This document shows, piece by piece, positions 20,187 through 30,304 of a DNA stretch of 64,000 nucleotides. The notes beneath the pieces are model-generated. The model saw only the letters and a list, made by a program, of their open reading frames with translations, searched no databases and was not told where the DNA came from. The stretch is from Thermoproteus sp. (lineage in GTDB: Archaea > Thermoproteota > Thermoprotei > Thermoproteales > Thermoproteaceae), in the NCBI GenBank assembly GCA_049976425.1, contig JBMFIG010000001.1, positions 96,001 to 160,000 of the forward strand. Reading direction: 5' to 3'. The translations under genes and the position numbers were made by a program. The first letter of the stretch is position 1, and each line of letters opens with the position of its first letter.

Positions 20187-20848
20187 CTAATGGTCTTTAT
20201 CCCCTCGACGAGGCCGGCGTCCATAAGCTTCCTCAACGCGTTTCTGATCTCGCGCGGCGTTGTGTTCAGCTTCACGGCTATGTCCTCTATGGAGTTGTTG
20301 CCGTCAACCAAAGCCATGACCTGCCGGGTGAACGGATCCTCCAGTGGGGCGGTCTTGCCCGAGGGTATCGGGACCTCCTTGCCCGGGATCTTGTAGAGGT
20401 ATATCTTGTGGGAGCGCCACTCCTCGTACACCTCCTCGATAACTACAGGCCTCCACCCGGATACCTCGAAGTCGTGGCTGACGACTCTGGTCCCTGGCCT
20501 CAGCTCCTTCTCGAGCTTCGGCTTCAGCCGCTCGTTGACCGAGGTGAGCAGATACATCGTGACGACGTCGGCGTCCGAGATATCGGCGTCGAAGAAGTTA
20601 GTATTTATTATCCTGGCCCGCCCCTCCAAGCCCAGATCCCTAATCTTTGCCGTGCTCTGTTCGTAGAGATCCTTACGTATCTCTATGCCGTAGGCGTATG
20701 CCCCGAACTCCTTGGCGGCCATTATCACTATTCTGCCATCGCCGCTGCCGAGGTCGTAGAGGACCTCGCCGGGCCTTACTCTGGCCAACTGCAACATACG
20801 CCTGACGACGACCTCAGGCGTCGGCACAAACGGGACGTCGTAGTACAT
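20183..20848 (-). CDS. SAM-dependent protein lysine methyltransferase (aKMT-like) with C-terminal wHTH
   Basis: VPFVPTPE, YDLGSGDGR, VTMYL, RVVSHDF. Confidence 0.8.
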   Translation of the reverse strand: MYYDVPFVPTPEVVVRRMLQLARVRPGEVLYDLGSGDGRIVIMAAKEFGAYAYGIEIRKDLYEQSTAKIRDLGLEGRARIINTNFFDADISDADVVTMYLLTSVNERLKPKLEKELRPGTRVVSHDFEVSGWRPVVIEEVYEEWRSHKIYLYKIPGKEVPIPSGKTAPLEDPFTRQVMALVDGNNSIEDIAVKLNTTPREIRNALRKLMDAGLVEGIKTIR

Positions 20849-21022
20849 ATAGGTCAGGACAATATCCCCATATAAATTTACTAACGGGAGATCCCAAGGC
20901 CATGGAGACGGCTCGCCCATTGGCGGGACGCGTGTCTGTAATTTAATCACTGGCGTCGAAGACCGCCGCTTGTGATATAGGGCCTCCGGTAAAACTTATA
21001 TATCGCCTAGAACACTAACGCC

Positions 21023-21478
21023 GTGCCTCACCGTAGCAGGCATAAGAAGGGCAGATCGTCGTCGACGAGGCCGCCGCACCCCACCGCCCCCAGCTGGATC
21101 CAGTACACGCCTGAGGAGGTAGAGCAACTTGTGCTAGAGCTCTACAGAAGGGGATTTCCGCCGTCTCAGATCGGCGTGATCTTAAGGGACCAGTACGGGA
21201 TACCCCTCGTCAAGGTCATAACCGGGAAGAAGATCGTCAAAATATTGGAAGAGCACGGCGTGCGGATAGAGATGCCCGAGGACTTGCTTAATCTAATCAA
21301 GAAGGCCTTGAGGATACGGAGGCATCTAGAGGAGCATCCTAAGGACATGGGTTCCAGAAGGGGGCTACAGCTCGTCGAGTCGAAGATACACAGACTGGTG
21401 AAGTACTACAAGAGGACTGGGCGGTTGCCCGCCGACTTCGAATACTCGCCGGAGAGGCTGTCGCACCTAGCTACGTGA
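21023..21478 (+). CDS. rps15: 30S ribosomal protein uS15
   Basis: [31 protein letters not shown]. Confidence 0.97.
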   Translation: MPHRSRHKKGRSSSTRPPHPTAPSWIQYTPEEVEQLVLELYRRGFPPSQIGVILRDQYGIPLVKVITGKKIVKILEEHGVRIEMPEDLLNLIKKALRIRRHLEEHPKDMGSRRGLQLVESKIHRLVKYYKRTGRLPADFEYSPERLSHLAT

Positions 21479-21479
21479 T

Positions 21480-22538
21480 GTGGAGCTAGAACAATTCTTT
21501 CTCAATAACATAAATAAGATCCTTGAATATCTCGATCAAGATATCCTTACAATATATATAAGAAAAACTGTAGATGCATTGGTAGCGGGATACTTTCTGA
21601 TGAATAAGTTTGCCGATACGGCGCAACTAAGGCTAGCGGACTGGCCCCCGGAATCGGGCATATGTCTGGGGTTTAGATGCGGCGGGTTCTATATGTACGA
21701 GAACGAGGTCGGCGTAGAGGGCTCCTCGATAAAATTACCGACGCCGCTACCTATAAGCTATATAATATATAAATTAGCCAGATCTATCATATCATTAAAT
21801 AAAGATGATATTCTAGAGCTATATCTAGGAATTTTTAGTTGGTTAGTCGACAACTGTACACTTAGATGCGAGGATCCGGTCGAGCTGGTCGGCGAGCTCG
21901 AGGCGCGCCGCGGCTTCTCCTTGCCGTTTCCCGACAGGCCTCTGGGCGAGGCGCTGTCTCTTCTAACGTTACCTCTGCTCCCCGGCGTTCTGGGCCGCGG
22001 CGTCGATGAGGACAAGCCGCTGAAAGCATTGGACCAGAGGAGGATGCTGGATGTTCTTGACGAGGCCCTAGGCCGTGTCTACGAGGCCGGCTTCTATCCG
22101 GCTATCGCCGACAAAGGTTTGCGGTACATACCTACAGACATAGAGCCCACGGGCAGAATTATAGAACTCGAAGCTCTGCTGGCGGGCTTCACGCCCGACA
22201 GCCAAGGCGTGATCTCCTATGTTGATAATCTAACTAAAATATTAGATGAAATAACAAGATCTTATCAAAATAATATAATAAATATTAGTAATACTTATTA
22301 TATTTATAAATTGATGAACTATTTACCTTATTTCTCGAAACTTAAAGATGTTTTAATACTTAGGGCAGATATAGGGAAGGGCTTCGTAGCATCGCTCATA
22401 GCGCCTTTGAAGGAAAGCCAGAGGCTTAAGGCGATCGCGGACAGACTTAACGATATTCAGTACATAGCCTACGACTCGAGCATTCTGGTATTCGTGCCGA
22501 GGGATCGATGGCCGGAGGTGGTAGGGTTGATCAAGTAA
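21480..22538 (+). CDS. Degenerate DHH/RecJ-like protein (called from synteny)
   Basis: Occupies the conserved archaeal rps15-DHH-pcc1-rps3ae slot; no DHH motif visible. Confidence 0.5.
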   Translation: MELEQFFLNNINKILEYLDQDILTIYIRKTVDALVAGYFLMNKFADTAQLRLADWPPESGICLGFRCGGFYMYENEVGVEGSSIKLPTPLPISYIIYKLARSIISLNKDDILELYLGIFSWLVDNCTLRCEDPVELVGELEARRGFSLPFPDRPLGEALSLLTLPLLPGVLGRGVDEDKPLKALDQRRMLDVLDEALGRVYEAGFYPAIADKGLRYIPTDIEPTGRIIELEALLAGFTPDSQGVISYVDNLTKILDEITRSYQNNIINISNTYYIYKLMNYLPYFSKLKDVLILRADIGKGFVASLIAPLKESQRLKAIADRLNDIQYIAYDSSILVFVPRDRWPEVVGLIK

Positions 22539-22762
22539 CGGTAGAGATCTCTACAGATCTGCCCTGCGCCGCCGCCTTGGTGCTGGCGCCTGACGACGTC
22601 AAGATGCCCGAGGGCTTCAGCATCAGTCATATATGCCGCGACAATAGATACGTCGTAGTGATCGGCGGCAACGACGTGCTGACCCTTAAAAACACCGTGG
22701 ACGATGTATTACGGTGCTTGAAGGTCGTCGACGCGCTGTGGCGCGAGCTGGCAGATCGCTAA
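22508..22762 (+). CDS. pcc1: KEOPS complex subunit Pcc1
   Basis: LAPDD...TLKNTVDDVLRCL; synteny before eS1. Confidence 0.75.
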   Translation: MAGGGRVDQVTVEISTDLPCAAALVLAPDDVKMPEGFSISHICRDNRYVVVIGGNDVLTLKNTVDDVLRCLKVVDALWRELADR

Positions 22763-22792
22763 TGTATTTATACCCCTAGGTACGCGAGGGAC

Positions 22793-23458
22793 GTGGCCGA
22801 GAGGCAACAAGCGGTGGCGCAACAGGAGAAGGTGGTGGTGTCTAAGCGGGATGTATGGGCTTCGAAGAAGTGGTATACTGCATACGCCCCTGTTTATCTA
22901 GGCGGAGCGGCGGTGGCCGAGGTGCCTGCGTCCGAGCCGCAGAAGTTGCTCGGAAGGACGTTGGAGATCTCCTACTTCGAGATAACCAAGGATATATCCC
23001 ACCTCCCGATAAAGATAAGGCTTCAGATAAACAAGGTCGACGGCGATAACGCATACACGCGCTTTAAGGGCCTCGAGCTGTCCAGAGACTACATAAGGTC
23101 TTTGGTAAGGCGCGGCACCAGCAAATCCGTAGCCTATGTGGACGTTACGACGAAAGACGGCTGGAGGTTGCGCCTAACCGTGCTGGGGATAACCTCGGCG
23201 TCTGTGTCCACCAGCAGGAAATCGGCGATAAGGAAGGCCTTCGCGTCTTTGCTGGCCCAGAAGGTGCCAGCGTTAGATATAGGTTCTCTGTTGAAGGAGG
23301 TGCTCGAGGGCACGCTGGCCGCGGAGCTCTTCGTAGCCGCCAAGAAGGTGTACCCGATGAGGAAGGTGGAGATAGCGAAGATAAAGGTCCTCGCCTTCCC
23401 CAAGGGCGAGGAGATCGCCGAGCTTAAGGAATTGCCGGCTCAGCAGATAGAGCAGTAG
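22793..23458 (+). CDS. rps3ae: 30S ribosomal protein eS1 (S3Ae)
   Basis: KKWYTAYAP, RDYIRSLVRRGTSK, VTTKDG, KKVYPMRKVEI. Confidence 0.96.
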   Translation: MAERQQAVAQQEKVVVSKRDVWASKKWYTAYAPVYLGGAAVAEVPASEPQKLLGRTLEISYFEITKDISHLPIKIRLQINKVDGDNAYTRFKGLELSRDYIRSLVRRGTSKSVAYVDVTTKDGWRLRLTVLGITSASVSTSRKSAIRKAFASLLAQKVPALDIGSLLKEVLEGTLAAELFVAAKKVYPMRKVEIAKIKVLAFPKGEEIAELKELPAQQIEQ

Positions 23459-23459
23459 T

Positions 23460-23984
23460 CTAGGTAAGATCTCTAACGGCTCTCTGGATATATTTATAGA
23501 CAGTTCCGTGTTTCCTGCCCTCTATAAGCATCAGTAGTGCGTCTCTCGCCACCTCCACCGCCTCTGCCTCGCCCAAAATACCGACGTATCTGTCCCCTAC
23601 GACTATCTTGACGCCCGCCAGCGATTCTATAGTTGTCTTGGCTCTGCCGTCCTCGCCGATAATCCTGGCCTTGACCCTCGACATATGCTGGCGTCCTACG
23701 TGTTCCTTGAGATCTATGTACTCAAGACGGTATCCCTCGTTCTCCAGCTTAAGCGCCTCCTCGGGGGAGAAGCCCAGCGCTATCGCCTCCGCCATGTTGC
23801 GTAGTTTGAGGAGCTCGTCGACCGTTATGCCCTCCGCCGGCTTTATGACTATGTAGGAGAGGGCCGTATCGATGCGGATCTCAGCCCTATATCTGCCAGC
23901 TACAGCCTCGGCCCACCTCCTCGCGTTGGGCAGAAACTTTGGCTCTATCGGGATCTGCACAACTCCGCGTAGGTACTCGCTCAT
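23460..23984 (-). CDS. KH-domain rRNA-processing protein (Dim2/Pno1/Krr1-like)
   Basis: AIALGFSPEEA, RVKARIIGEDGRAK, GRKHGTVY. Confidence 0.88.
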   Translation of the reverse strand: MSEYLRGVVQIPIEPKFLPNARRWAEAVAGRYRAEIRIDTALSYIVIKPAEGITVDELLKLRNMAEAIALGFSPEEALKLENEGYRLEYIDLKEHVGRQHMSRVKARIIGEDGRAKTTIESLAGVKIVVGDRYVGILGEAEAVEVARDALLMLIEGRKHGTVYKYIQRAVRDLT

Positions 23985-24055
23985 GGAAATCACCGGGGTT
24001 ATTAAAATAAAAGATGAAGGCATCTCGGCAACACAGCGATGTATTTATTTGTAGG

Positions 24056-24919
24056 ATGGCAATAGTTCAAGTGTCGTCTGCAGACGATATAGACATAGAG
24101 AGGGAAAATAGGACCGAGAAAGATCACGAGTATTTCGAGACTCTCGACGAGGTTTTCAACGCCTATACCTGGCGAGCTTTGTTCTCGTTGATGAACAGAG
24201 GCGTGGTGGATCAGATCTTAGGCCCTTTGTCGCAAGGTAAAGAGGCTCGCGTGATCCTTGCAAAAGATAGAGAGGGAACCCGCATCGCTTTGAAGATATA
24301 TTACACAACTACTTCGACATTCATAAAATCAAGATATAAATATATCATGGGAGATCCAAGATTTAAAAATAAAAGGATAAAAAAGGATATAATAGATATA
24401 GTCGAGGCGTGGAGCCGTAAAGAGTTCGGGAACCTCTCGGCGGCATATAGGGCAGGCGTCAAGGCGCCTAGGCCGATCGCTGTCGAGAGGAACATTCTGG
24501 CCATGGAGTTCATAGGCGAGGGCAGCCGGCCGGCGCCTACGTTGAACGATTTAGGCATCGACGGCCTTGACGACCCCGACGAGGTCTTCTGGGAGATTTT
24601 GAGGAACGTGGAGAGGACCTACGTCTTGGCTAAACTGGTGCATGCGGATCTCAGCGAGTTCAACGTCCTCTATCACAACGGCGATATAAGGATAATAGAC
24701 TGGGGTTCGGCGGTCAAGCGGGAGCACCCGCTAGCGTTCGAGTATCTGGCGCGGGATCTCGACAACGTATTCAGGTTCTTCGGCGTGAGGCTTGAGGGGC
24801 GGCAAGCGGCTAGCCTCATAGCGGAGAGGGCCGGCGAGCCCTACGAGGAGGACGAAGACGGCTGGCTGGTGGTGAAAGGCAAGAGGCTCTACGAGGTTAT
24901 CGACGAGGCGTTTAGCTGA
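24056..24919 (+). CDS. rio1: RIO1 serine kinase/ATPase
   Basis: SQGKEA, LKIY, YIMGDPRF, LVHADLSEFNVL, IIDW. Confidence 0.92.
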   Translation: MAIVQVSSADDIDIERENRTEKDHEYFETLDEVFNAYTWRALFSLMNRGVVDQILGPLSQGKEARVILAKDREGTRIALKIYYTTTSTFIKSRYKYIMGDPRFKNKRIKKDIIDIVEAWSRKEFGNLSAAYRAGVKAPRPIAVERNILAMEFIGEGSRPAPTLNDLGIDGLDDPDEVFWEILRNVERTYVLAKLVHADLSEFNVLYHNGDIRIIDWGSAVKREHPLAFEYLARDLDNVFRFFGVRLEGRQAASLIAERAGEPYEEDEDGWLVVKGKRLYEVIDEAFS

Positions 24920-25455
24920 AGATCGCCGGAGGCCAGCCTCCGGCCCTCATCGAACGCCCTACGGTTCCTCTCGTCTAGCCAGTCAACGCGCCCGTCTATG
25001 CCCAGTAGTTTGGCTAAGTATCCGAGCAACACCGAGTTCTCGTATATCGGGTCGCCTATTTTCATCGCTATATCGAACGCTGGCACCAGCCGCAAGTTCT
25101 TGTAGGTCTGTAGCGCCCTGTAGACCTGCTCTGGGTCGAGGTATCTGCCGGGTATTTGGATGACCCGCTTGTTGACTATTAATACGGTGTTCCCTCCTAT
25201 GTACCTAAACGCCCTCAACGCCTCTAGGGCCTCCATGGCCACCACGTAGTCGGCATCTCCCTCGGACACCACCGGCCCGTATACCCTATCGCCGAGCCTT
25301 ACGTGGACCTCTACAGAGCCTCCGCGTTGGCTCAAGCCGTGGATCTCCGCTATCTTGACGTCGTAGCCCGCCGCCATCGCCGCTCTGCCCAGCCACCTGG
25401 CCAGCGTCATGACTCCCTGGCCTCCCACCCCTACGATGACTACGCTTGTGACCAT
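24889..25455 (-). CDS. iorB: Indolepyruvate:ferredoxin oxidoreductase beta subunit
   Basis: GVGGQG, EIHGLSQRGGSV, ALEALR. Confidence 0.92.
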   Translation of the reverse strand: MVTSVVIVGVGGQGVMTLARWLGRAAMAAGYDVKIAEIHGLSQRGGSVEVHVRLGDRVYGPVVSEGDADYVVAMEALEALRAFRYIGGNTVLIVNKRVIQIPGRYLDPEQVYRALQTYKNLRLVPAFDIAMKIGDPIYENSVLLGYLAKLLGIDGRVDWLDERNRRAFDEGRRLASGDLQLNASSITS

Positions 25456-27227
25456 AGCTCCAACCACTTGCCTACTTTCTCCGGTTCGGTGGGCTTTATG
25501 GCGTCGTAGGGACAGACCTGTGCACACATGGAGCATCCGTTGCAGAGGCTGGGATCTATCCAGGCCTTGCCGTCGGGGAGCTTGGCTATGGCGTAGCATT
25601 TCAACACGTTGTAGCATATGCCGCAGCTCCGGCACTTGTCCGCAACTACGTAGAACTTAGGCGGCTTGAAGCCGGACCTCCTGGCGTGTCTGAGCGCCTC
25701 CAGAGTACACGGCCTTCTGGAGACCACGACGACGGGCTCGCCTGACTTCGCGTCGGCTACTGCGGACTTGGCGATCTCGACGCTCCTCTTGAGATCGGCC
25801 GGGTCGATGACGTAATGCTTGATCCCGACCGCCTCGGCCAGCCTCTCAGCCGGGACCGATCTGCTGGGGCTGGGCTGTCCGCCGGTCATCGCCGTGTATT
25901 CATTATCCATCACGACGAGCACCAGAGGCACTTTCTTCGTCTTGAGGTCGATCAGCTGGGGCAACGCGGCGTGGTAGAACGTGGAGTCCCCCACGGTGGC
26001 CACGACCAGCTTCTCCCTATCGGCCACCGCTATCCCCATGCCCAGGCCGAGGCTAGAGCCCATGTGGGTCGCCAAGTCTTGTTGCCCCGTGTTGATTCCC
26101 AGCGTGTAGCACCCTATATCGCCCGACCAGATCACCTTCTGGCCGGCGCTAGCTATCCTGAAGGCGTAGAAGGTCCCCATGTGGGGACATCCAGGACATA
26201 GATAGGGCGGCCTAGGCGGCGGCTGTAGCGGCGGGGTCGGCGGATCGGGCAACCTCACGCCGAGCCCAAGCGCCCTGGAGATGCCCTCGACGACGGATCT
26301 AAGCGTGAGCTCGCCGATCTTGGGGAAGAACCCGTCGATCTTCCCGCGGGTCTTGACGCCCATGGCGCGGAGTTGCATCTCGACCACGGGATCGCCCTCC
26401 TCGACCACCACGACCTCGCCAGCTCCGATATCGGCCAGCTTCTTGGGGAGAGGAACAGGCATGCCCACCTTCACGACGGCGGCCCTCACGCGCAACCTCT
26501 CGAGCGCCTCCACGGCGTAGAGATACCCAACCCCCGAGGCCACCACCACGATCTCGCCGTCGCCCTCTACTCTGAGAAAACGAGAGGAGAGATCCGCGAA
26601 GGAGTCCCACTTCCTCAATACCTCGGCTTTCCTGCGCCGGGCGTTCTGCGGCACGAGGACGTACCTCTCGACGTTCCGCGCGAACTTGCCGAACTTGGGC
26701 GGAGCCGGCGGCTCCACGACAACCGGCGCCCTCACGTGGCTCACCCTCGTGACGCTCCGGAGGATGACAGGGTGCTCCAAGGCCTCGCTCAGCATAAGGC
26801 CCTCCTTGGCCATCTCGAAGGCCTCCTGGGGGTCGGCGGGCTCCAACACAGGTATGTAGGACTGGAGGCCGTACCATCTGGTATCCTGCTCGTTCTGGGA
26901 CGACCACATATTGGGATCGTCGGCGGTGACTATCAGGAGGCCCCCCACCACGCCCGTATAGGCCGCGCTGTGTAGCGGATCGGCAGCCACGTTGAGGCCC
27001 ACGTGCTTCATGGCCGCCAGCGCTCTGGCGCCGGCCAACGCCGCGCCATAAGCCATCTCCACCGCCGTCTTCTCGTTGGAGGCCCATTGCACGAACCTAT
27101 CTCTGTACTCCAATAGGGTCTCTATTATTTCCGAAGACGGTGTGCCGGGATAGCCGGCGGCGACGGCGACGCCGGCAGAGAGGGCGCCGTAGGCTATGGC
27201 CTCGTTGCCTAAAAGCAGATGCCTCAT
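25440..27227 (-). CDS. iorA: Indolepyruvate:ferredoxin oxidoreductase alpha subunit
   Basis: LLGNEAIA, YPGTPSSE, MKHVGLNVA, CPGCPH, GDIGCY, GDSTF, two ferredoxin motifs. Confidence 0.95.
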   Translation of the reverse strand: MRHLLLGNEAIAYGALSAGVAVAAGYPGTPSSEIIETLLEYRDRFVQWASNEKTAVEMAYGAALAGARALAAMKHVGLNVAADPLHSAAYTGVVGGLLIVTADDPNMWSSQNEQDTRWYGLQSYIPVLEPADPQEAFEMAKEGLMLSEALEHPVILRSVTRVSHVRAPVVVEPPAPPKFGKFARNVERYVLVPQNARRRKAEVLRKWDSFADLSSRFLRVEGDGEIVVVASGVGYLYAVEALERLRVRAAVVKVGMPVPLPKKLADIGAGEVVVVEEGDPVVEMQLRAMGVKTRGKIDGFFPKIGELTLRSVVEGISRALGLGVRLPDPPTPPLQPPPRPPYLCPGCPHMGTFYAFRIASAGQKVIWSGDIGCYTLGINTGQQDLATHMGSSLGLGMGIAVADREKLVVATVGDSTFYHAALPQLIDLKTKKVPLVLVVMDNEYTAMTGGQPSPSRSVPAERLAEAVGIKHYVIDPADLKRSVEIAKSAVADAKSGEPVVVVSRRPCTLEALRHARRSGFKPPKFYVVADKCRSCGICYNVLKCYAIAKLPDGKAWIDPSLCNGCSMCAQVCPYDAIKPTEPEKVGKWLELWSQA

Positions 27228-27326
27228 AAATAAATAGATATATATAGCTTATAAACTTATCCATATCGCCGACGCTCGGCACCCGCCGCGGCTCATGCTT
27301 ATATACTTCCCACTAACTCGTATGGG

Positions 27327-27596
27327 ATGAGATTCTGCCCGAAGGATGGCACCTTGATGGTGCCTGTGAGGAAGGACGGGCAGACCGTCTTGAAATGCCC
27401 CAAGTGCGGCTATGAGGTGAGGCTGACCGAGAGGGACAAAAAAGCGTACAGCGTCAAGACGACGGTGTCTGAGGACAAGAAGCGCGGCGTCATGACCGCC
27501 GCCGAGACGAGCGCTGAAGTGGATCAGGAGGAGCTCGAAGAGTTGAGGAAGCAGTTGTTGGAGAACCTCCAGGAGGGGGAAGAGGGGGAGGACTAG
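27327..27596 (+). CDS. TFS/RpoM paralogue with only the N-terminal Zn ribbon and an acidic tail
   Basis: MRFCPKDGTLM...CPKCGY; no C-terminal Zn ribbon or RSADE hairpin. Confidence 0.8.
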   Translation: MRFCPKDGTLMVPVRKDGQTVLKCPKCGYEVRLTERDKKAYSVKTTVSEDKKRGVMTAAETSAEVDQEELEELRKQLLENLQEGEEGED

Positions 27597-27628
27597 CGTT
27601 TTTAACCGGTCGGTTTGTCTGAGGCGTT

Positions 27629-29395
27629 ATGAGGATAGCGGTAGTAGATCGCGATTCTTGCGATCCCAAGAAATGCGGCCATGAGTGTATAAAGTACTGT
27701 CCCGTGAACAAGAGCGGCAAGGTTATCTGGATAGACGAAAATACTGGCAAGGCGGTCATATCGGAGAAGCTGTGTATAGGGTGCGGCATCTGTGTCCATA
27801 AATGCCCGTTCTCGGCGATAACCATAACCAATCTGCCGGAGGAGCTCGAGACGGATTGCGTGCACAGATACTTCCCCGGCGGCTTTAAGCTCTACAGGCT
27901 TCCCATGTTGAGGAAGGGCAGTATAGTCGGCGTGATGGGGCGCAACGCGTTGGGCAAGACAACCATAGCGCGGATACTCGCGGGGGAGCTGATCCCGAAC
28001 CTCTGCAGGGAGGGGGGAGCCGAGCCTGCCGAGGTGGTCAAGTCGTTTAGAGGCACCGAGCTCCAGACGTTCCTCTCGGAGCTCTACGGCAAGAGGCTGA
28101 GGGCCGTGCACAAGATACAGTATATAGAGCTCATACCTATGTACCTAAAAGGCACCGTCAAGGAGATCGCCGAGAGGGCGAAGATACCGCAGAGCTTGAT
28201 GGAGAGGCTCGGCCTCTCCAAGCTCGCCGATAGGGACATCTCCCATTTGTCCGGAGGCGAACTACAGAAGCTGGCGATAGCAGCGGCGCTGGCCAAGGAC
28301 GCCGACGTCTACATCTTCGACGAGCCGGCCACCCACCTGGACATAGTCGAGAGGCTCAAGGTCGCCTCGATTATGAGGGAGAAGGTCGAGGGGAAATACG
28401 CCGTGGTGGTGGAGCACGACCTGACAGTCCTCGACTATCTAGCGGACATAGCAGTAGTCCTCTACGGGAAGCCGGGGGCCTACGGCATAGTGTCCAGGCC
28501 GGCGGGGGCGAGGGAGGCTGTCAACGAGTACCTCAAGGGATTCTTGACGCATGAGAACTTGCGTATAAGGGACGAGCCCATAAAGTTCGAGTCGAGGCCG
28601 CCGGAGCGGAGGGCCTCGCGGCAGAGGGCCTTGAGCCAATGGACCGACCTACTCGTGGAGCTCGGCTCTTTCAAGCTGAGGGTCAAGGAGGGCTATATAG
28701 GGAGGGGGGAGGTCGTGGGCGTCATAGGGCCTAACGGGGTGGGCAAGACCACCTTCGTGAGGACCTTGGTGGGCGAGGTGAAGCCGGCGGAGGGCGAGGT
28801 GTACTCGGCGCCTTCCATAAGCTACAAGCCGCAATACATAAGGGACATAGCGGTGAGGAACTCCGAGGTGCCCGTGAGGCTGTGGCTCGCCAAGGAGGCT
28901 CAGGACTACGCCGATTCGCCGATATGGCCCGACGTGTCCTCCGGCCTCGGCCTCTCTGCAATACTAGATAAGAAGATGGGCGAGCTCTCCGGCGGCGAGC
29001 TCCAGAGGGTTGTGGTGGCCGCCGCGTTGTTGAGACGCGCTGACCTCTACGTGTTGGACGAGCCCATGGCCTACCTAGACGTGGAGCAGAGGATATCAGT
29101 GGCGAGGACCATAAGGCGAATAATTGAGGAGAGCGAATCGGCCGCGCTCGTAGTCGAACACGACGTAGCCATGCTCGACTACATGTCCAACTCCATAATG
29201 CCGTTCGTAGGGGATCCAGGCGTCGAGGGATATGCCGAGGGACCGTTGGACATGAGGACGGGCATGAACGTATTCCTGAAATGGGTAGACGTAACGTTCA
29301 GAAGAGAGCCGACTACCGGCAGGCCGAGGGTCAACAAGCCGGGCTCCGTGCTGGATAGAGAACAGAAAGAGAGGGGGGAGTACTACTACGCCTAA
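27629..29395 (+). CDS. rli: ABCE1/RLI ribosome recycling ATPase
   Basis: N-terminal Fe-S cysteines, two NBDs with LSGGELQ, C-terminal RPRVNKPGSVLDREQK. Confidence 0.96.
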   Translation: MRIAVVDRDSCDPKKCGHECIKYCPVNKSGKVIWIDENTGKAVISEKLCIGCGICVHKCPFSAITITNLPEELETDCVHRYFPGGFKLYRLPMLRKGSIVGVMGRNALGKTTIARILAGELIPNLCREGGAEPAEVVKSFRGTELQTFLSELYGKRLRAVHKIQYIELIPMYLKGTVKEIAERAKIPQSLMERLGLSKLADRDISHLSGGELQKLAIAAALAKDADVYIFDEPATHLDIVERLKVASIMREKVEGKYAVVVEHDLTVLDYLADIAVVLYGKPGAYGIVSRPAGAREAVNEYLKGFLTHENLRIRDEPIKFESRPPERRASRQRALSQWTDLLVELGSFKLRVKEGYIGRGEVVGVIGPNGVGKTTFVRTLVGEVKPAEGEVYSAPSISYKPQYIRDIAVRNSEVPVRLWLAKEAQDYADSPIWPDVSSGLGLSAILDKKMGELSGGELQRVVVAAALLRRADLYVLDEPMAYLDVEQRISVARTIRRIIEESESAALVVEHDVAMLDYMSNSIMPFVGDPGVEGYAEGPLDMRTGMNVFLKWVDVTFRREPTTGRPRVNKPGSVLDREQKERGEYYYA

Positions 29396-29474
29396 TATCT
29401 ACCGACGCGCGGCGCCGCGGTCTAGACGCACGCGCTGGCCGGCGAATGTTTTATTTCCGCGGATCTGGAGAGCC

Positions 29475-29939
29475 ATGCCCTTCATCTACGGCATCTTGCC
29501 CCCGATAGCCACGCTTAGGCCCTTCGAGGGGGTTATGCCGGTCAAGCCGCATATTACCATCCTCAAGGTGAGGGAGCCTAAGGTCGTCGATGTGAGGCTT
29601 AGGCCGTTCACGGCGCGGCTCGGCGACGTGGTGCTTCTTCCCAGCAGGTCGAGGCCGCGCTATATCGCCCTATCCGTCGAGCCGTTCTCGGAGCTCCTCG
29701 CCTTAAGGAAGGCGCTTGAGGCGCTTCTGGGCGATACAGTGGAGGAGAAGCACGGCGATTTCAAGCCCCATCTCTCCGTCTACTCGATCAGACTGAAGAA
29801 CCCCGCCGTAGAGGATCTGGCGCCGGCGATAGAGGAGGCTAGGTCTCTACGCGGCTCAGCCTTCGAGGTACGCGCCGTCAGCTTGATAGATACCACAGGA
29901 GGCGAGTATAGGCCAATACATACGGTGGAGTTCAGATAG
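29475..29939 (+). CDS. 2H phosphoesterase (2'-5' RNA ligase-like)
   Basis: Two H-x-T/S motifs: PHITI and PHLSV. Confidence 0.75.
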   Translation: MPFIYGILPPIATLRPFEGVMPVKPHITILKVREPKVVDVRLRPFTARLGDVVLLPSRSRPRYIALSVEPFSELLALRKALEALLGDTVEEKHGDFKPHLSVYSIRLKNPAVEDLAPAIEEARSLRGSAFEVRAVSLIDTTGGEYRPIHTVEFR

Positions 29940-29941
29940 CT

Positions 29942-30304
29942 ATGGTTGATCAGGCCGACCGGACTCCGTCTAGACGCGGCGCCGAGCCCGAGCGCTGTCC
30001 GTGCGACAGACACGACGACGCGGCCGCGTATGTGCGCGGCCTATTCGAGCGCATCGGCGAGTTCTTCGACCCGGATCCACATGTGGAGAGGAACCTCATC
30101 GTAGTGTTTAGGGACCCGCCTAGGTGTCTCGCTAGATGTCTGGAGTTGCTCGGGATAGGGAACATGGAGACGTCGGACGAGAGAGGATCTGCGAGGTACG
30201 TGGTGATCTACGAGGTGGATGCGGTGAGGAGGTTCCTCGCGGTGGTGAGGCCCTCTATCCCCGACGTGGAGCCTCTGGCGAGGAAAATAGCTGGGTACAG
30301 ATGA
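29942..30304 (+). CDS. Hypothetical protein, possible degenerate LAGLIDADG domain
   Basis: AYVRGLFERIG, LELLGI, YVVIY...RRFLAVVRPSI. Confidence 0.5.
   Translation: MVDQADRTPSRRGAEPERCPCDRHDDAAAYVRGLFERIGEFFDPDPHVERNLIVVFRDPPRCLARCLELLGIGNMETSDERGSARYVVIYEVDAVRRFLAVVRPSIPDVEPLARKIAGYR

Noticed and set aside
23460-24919. Divergent KH-domain and rio1 genes as a novel arrangement
   Set aside because: The linkage is well known in archaea; orientation alone is a minor variation
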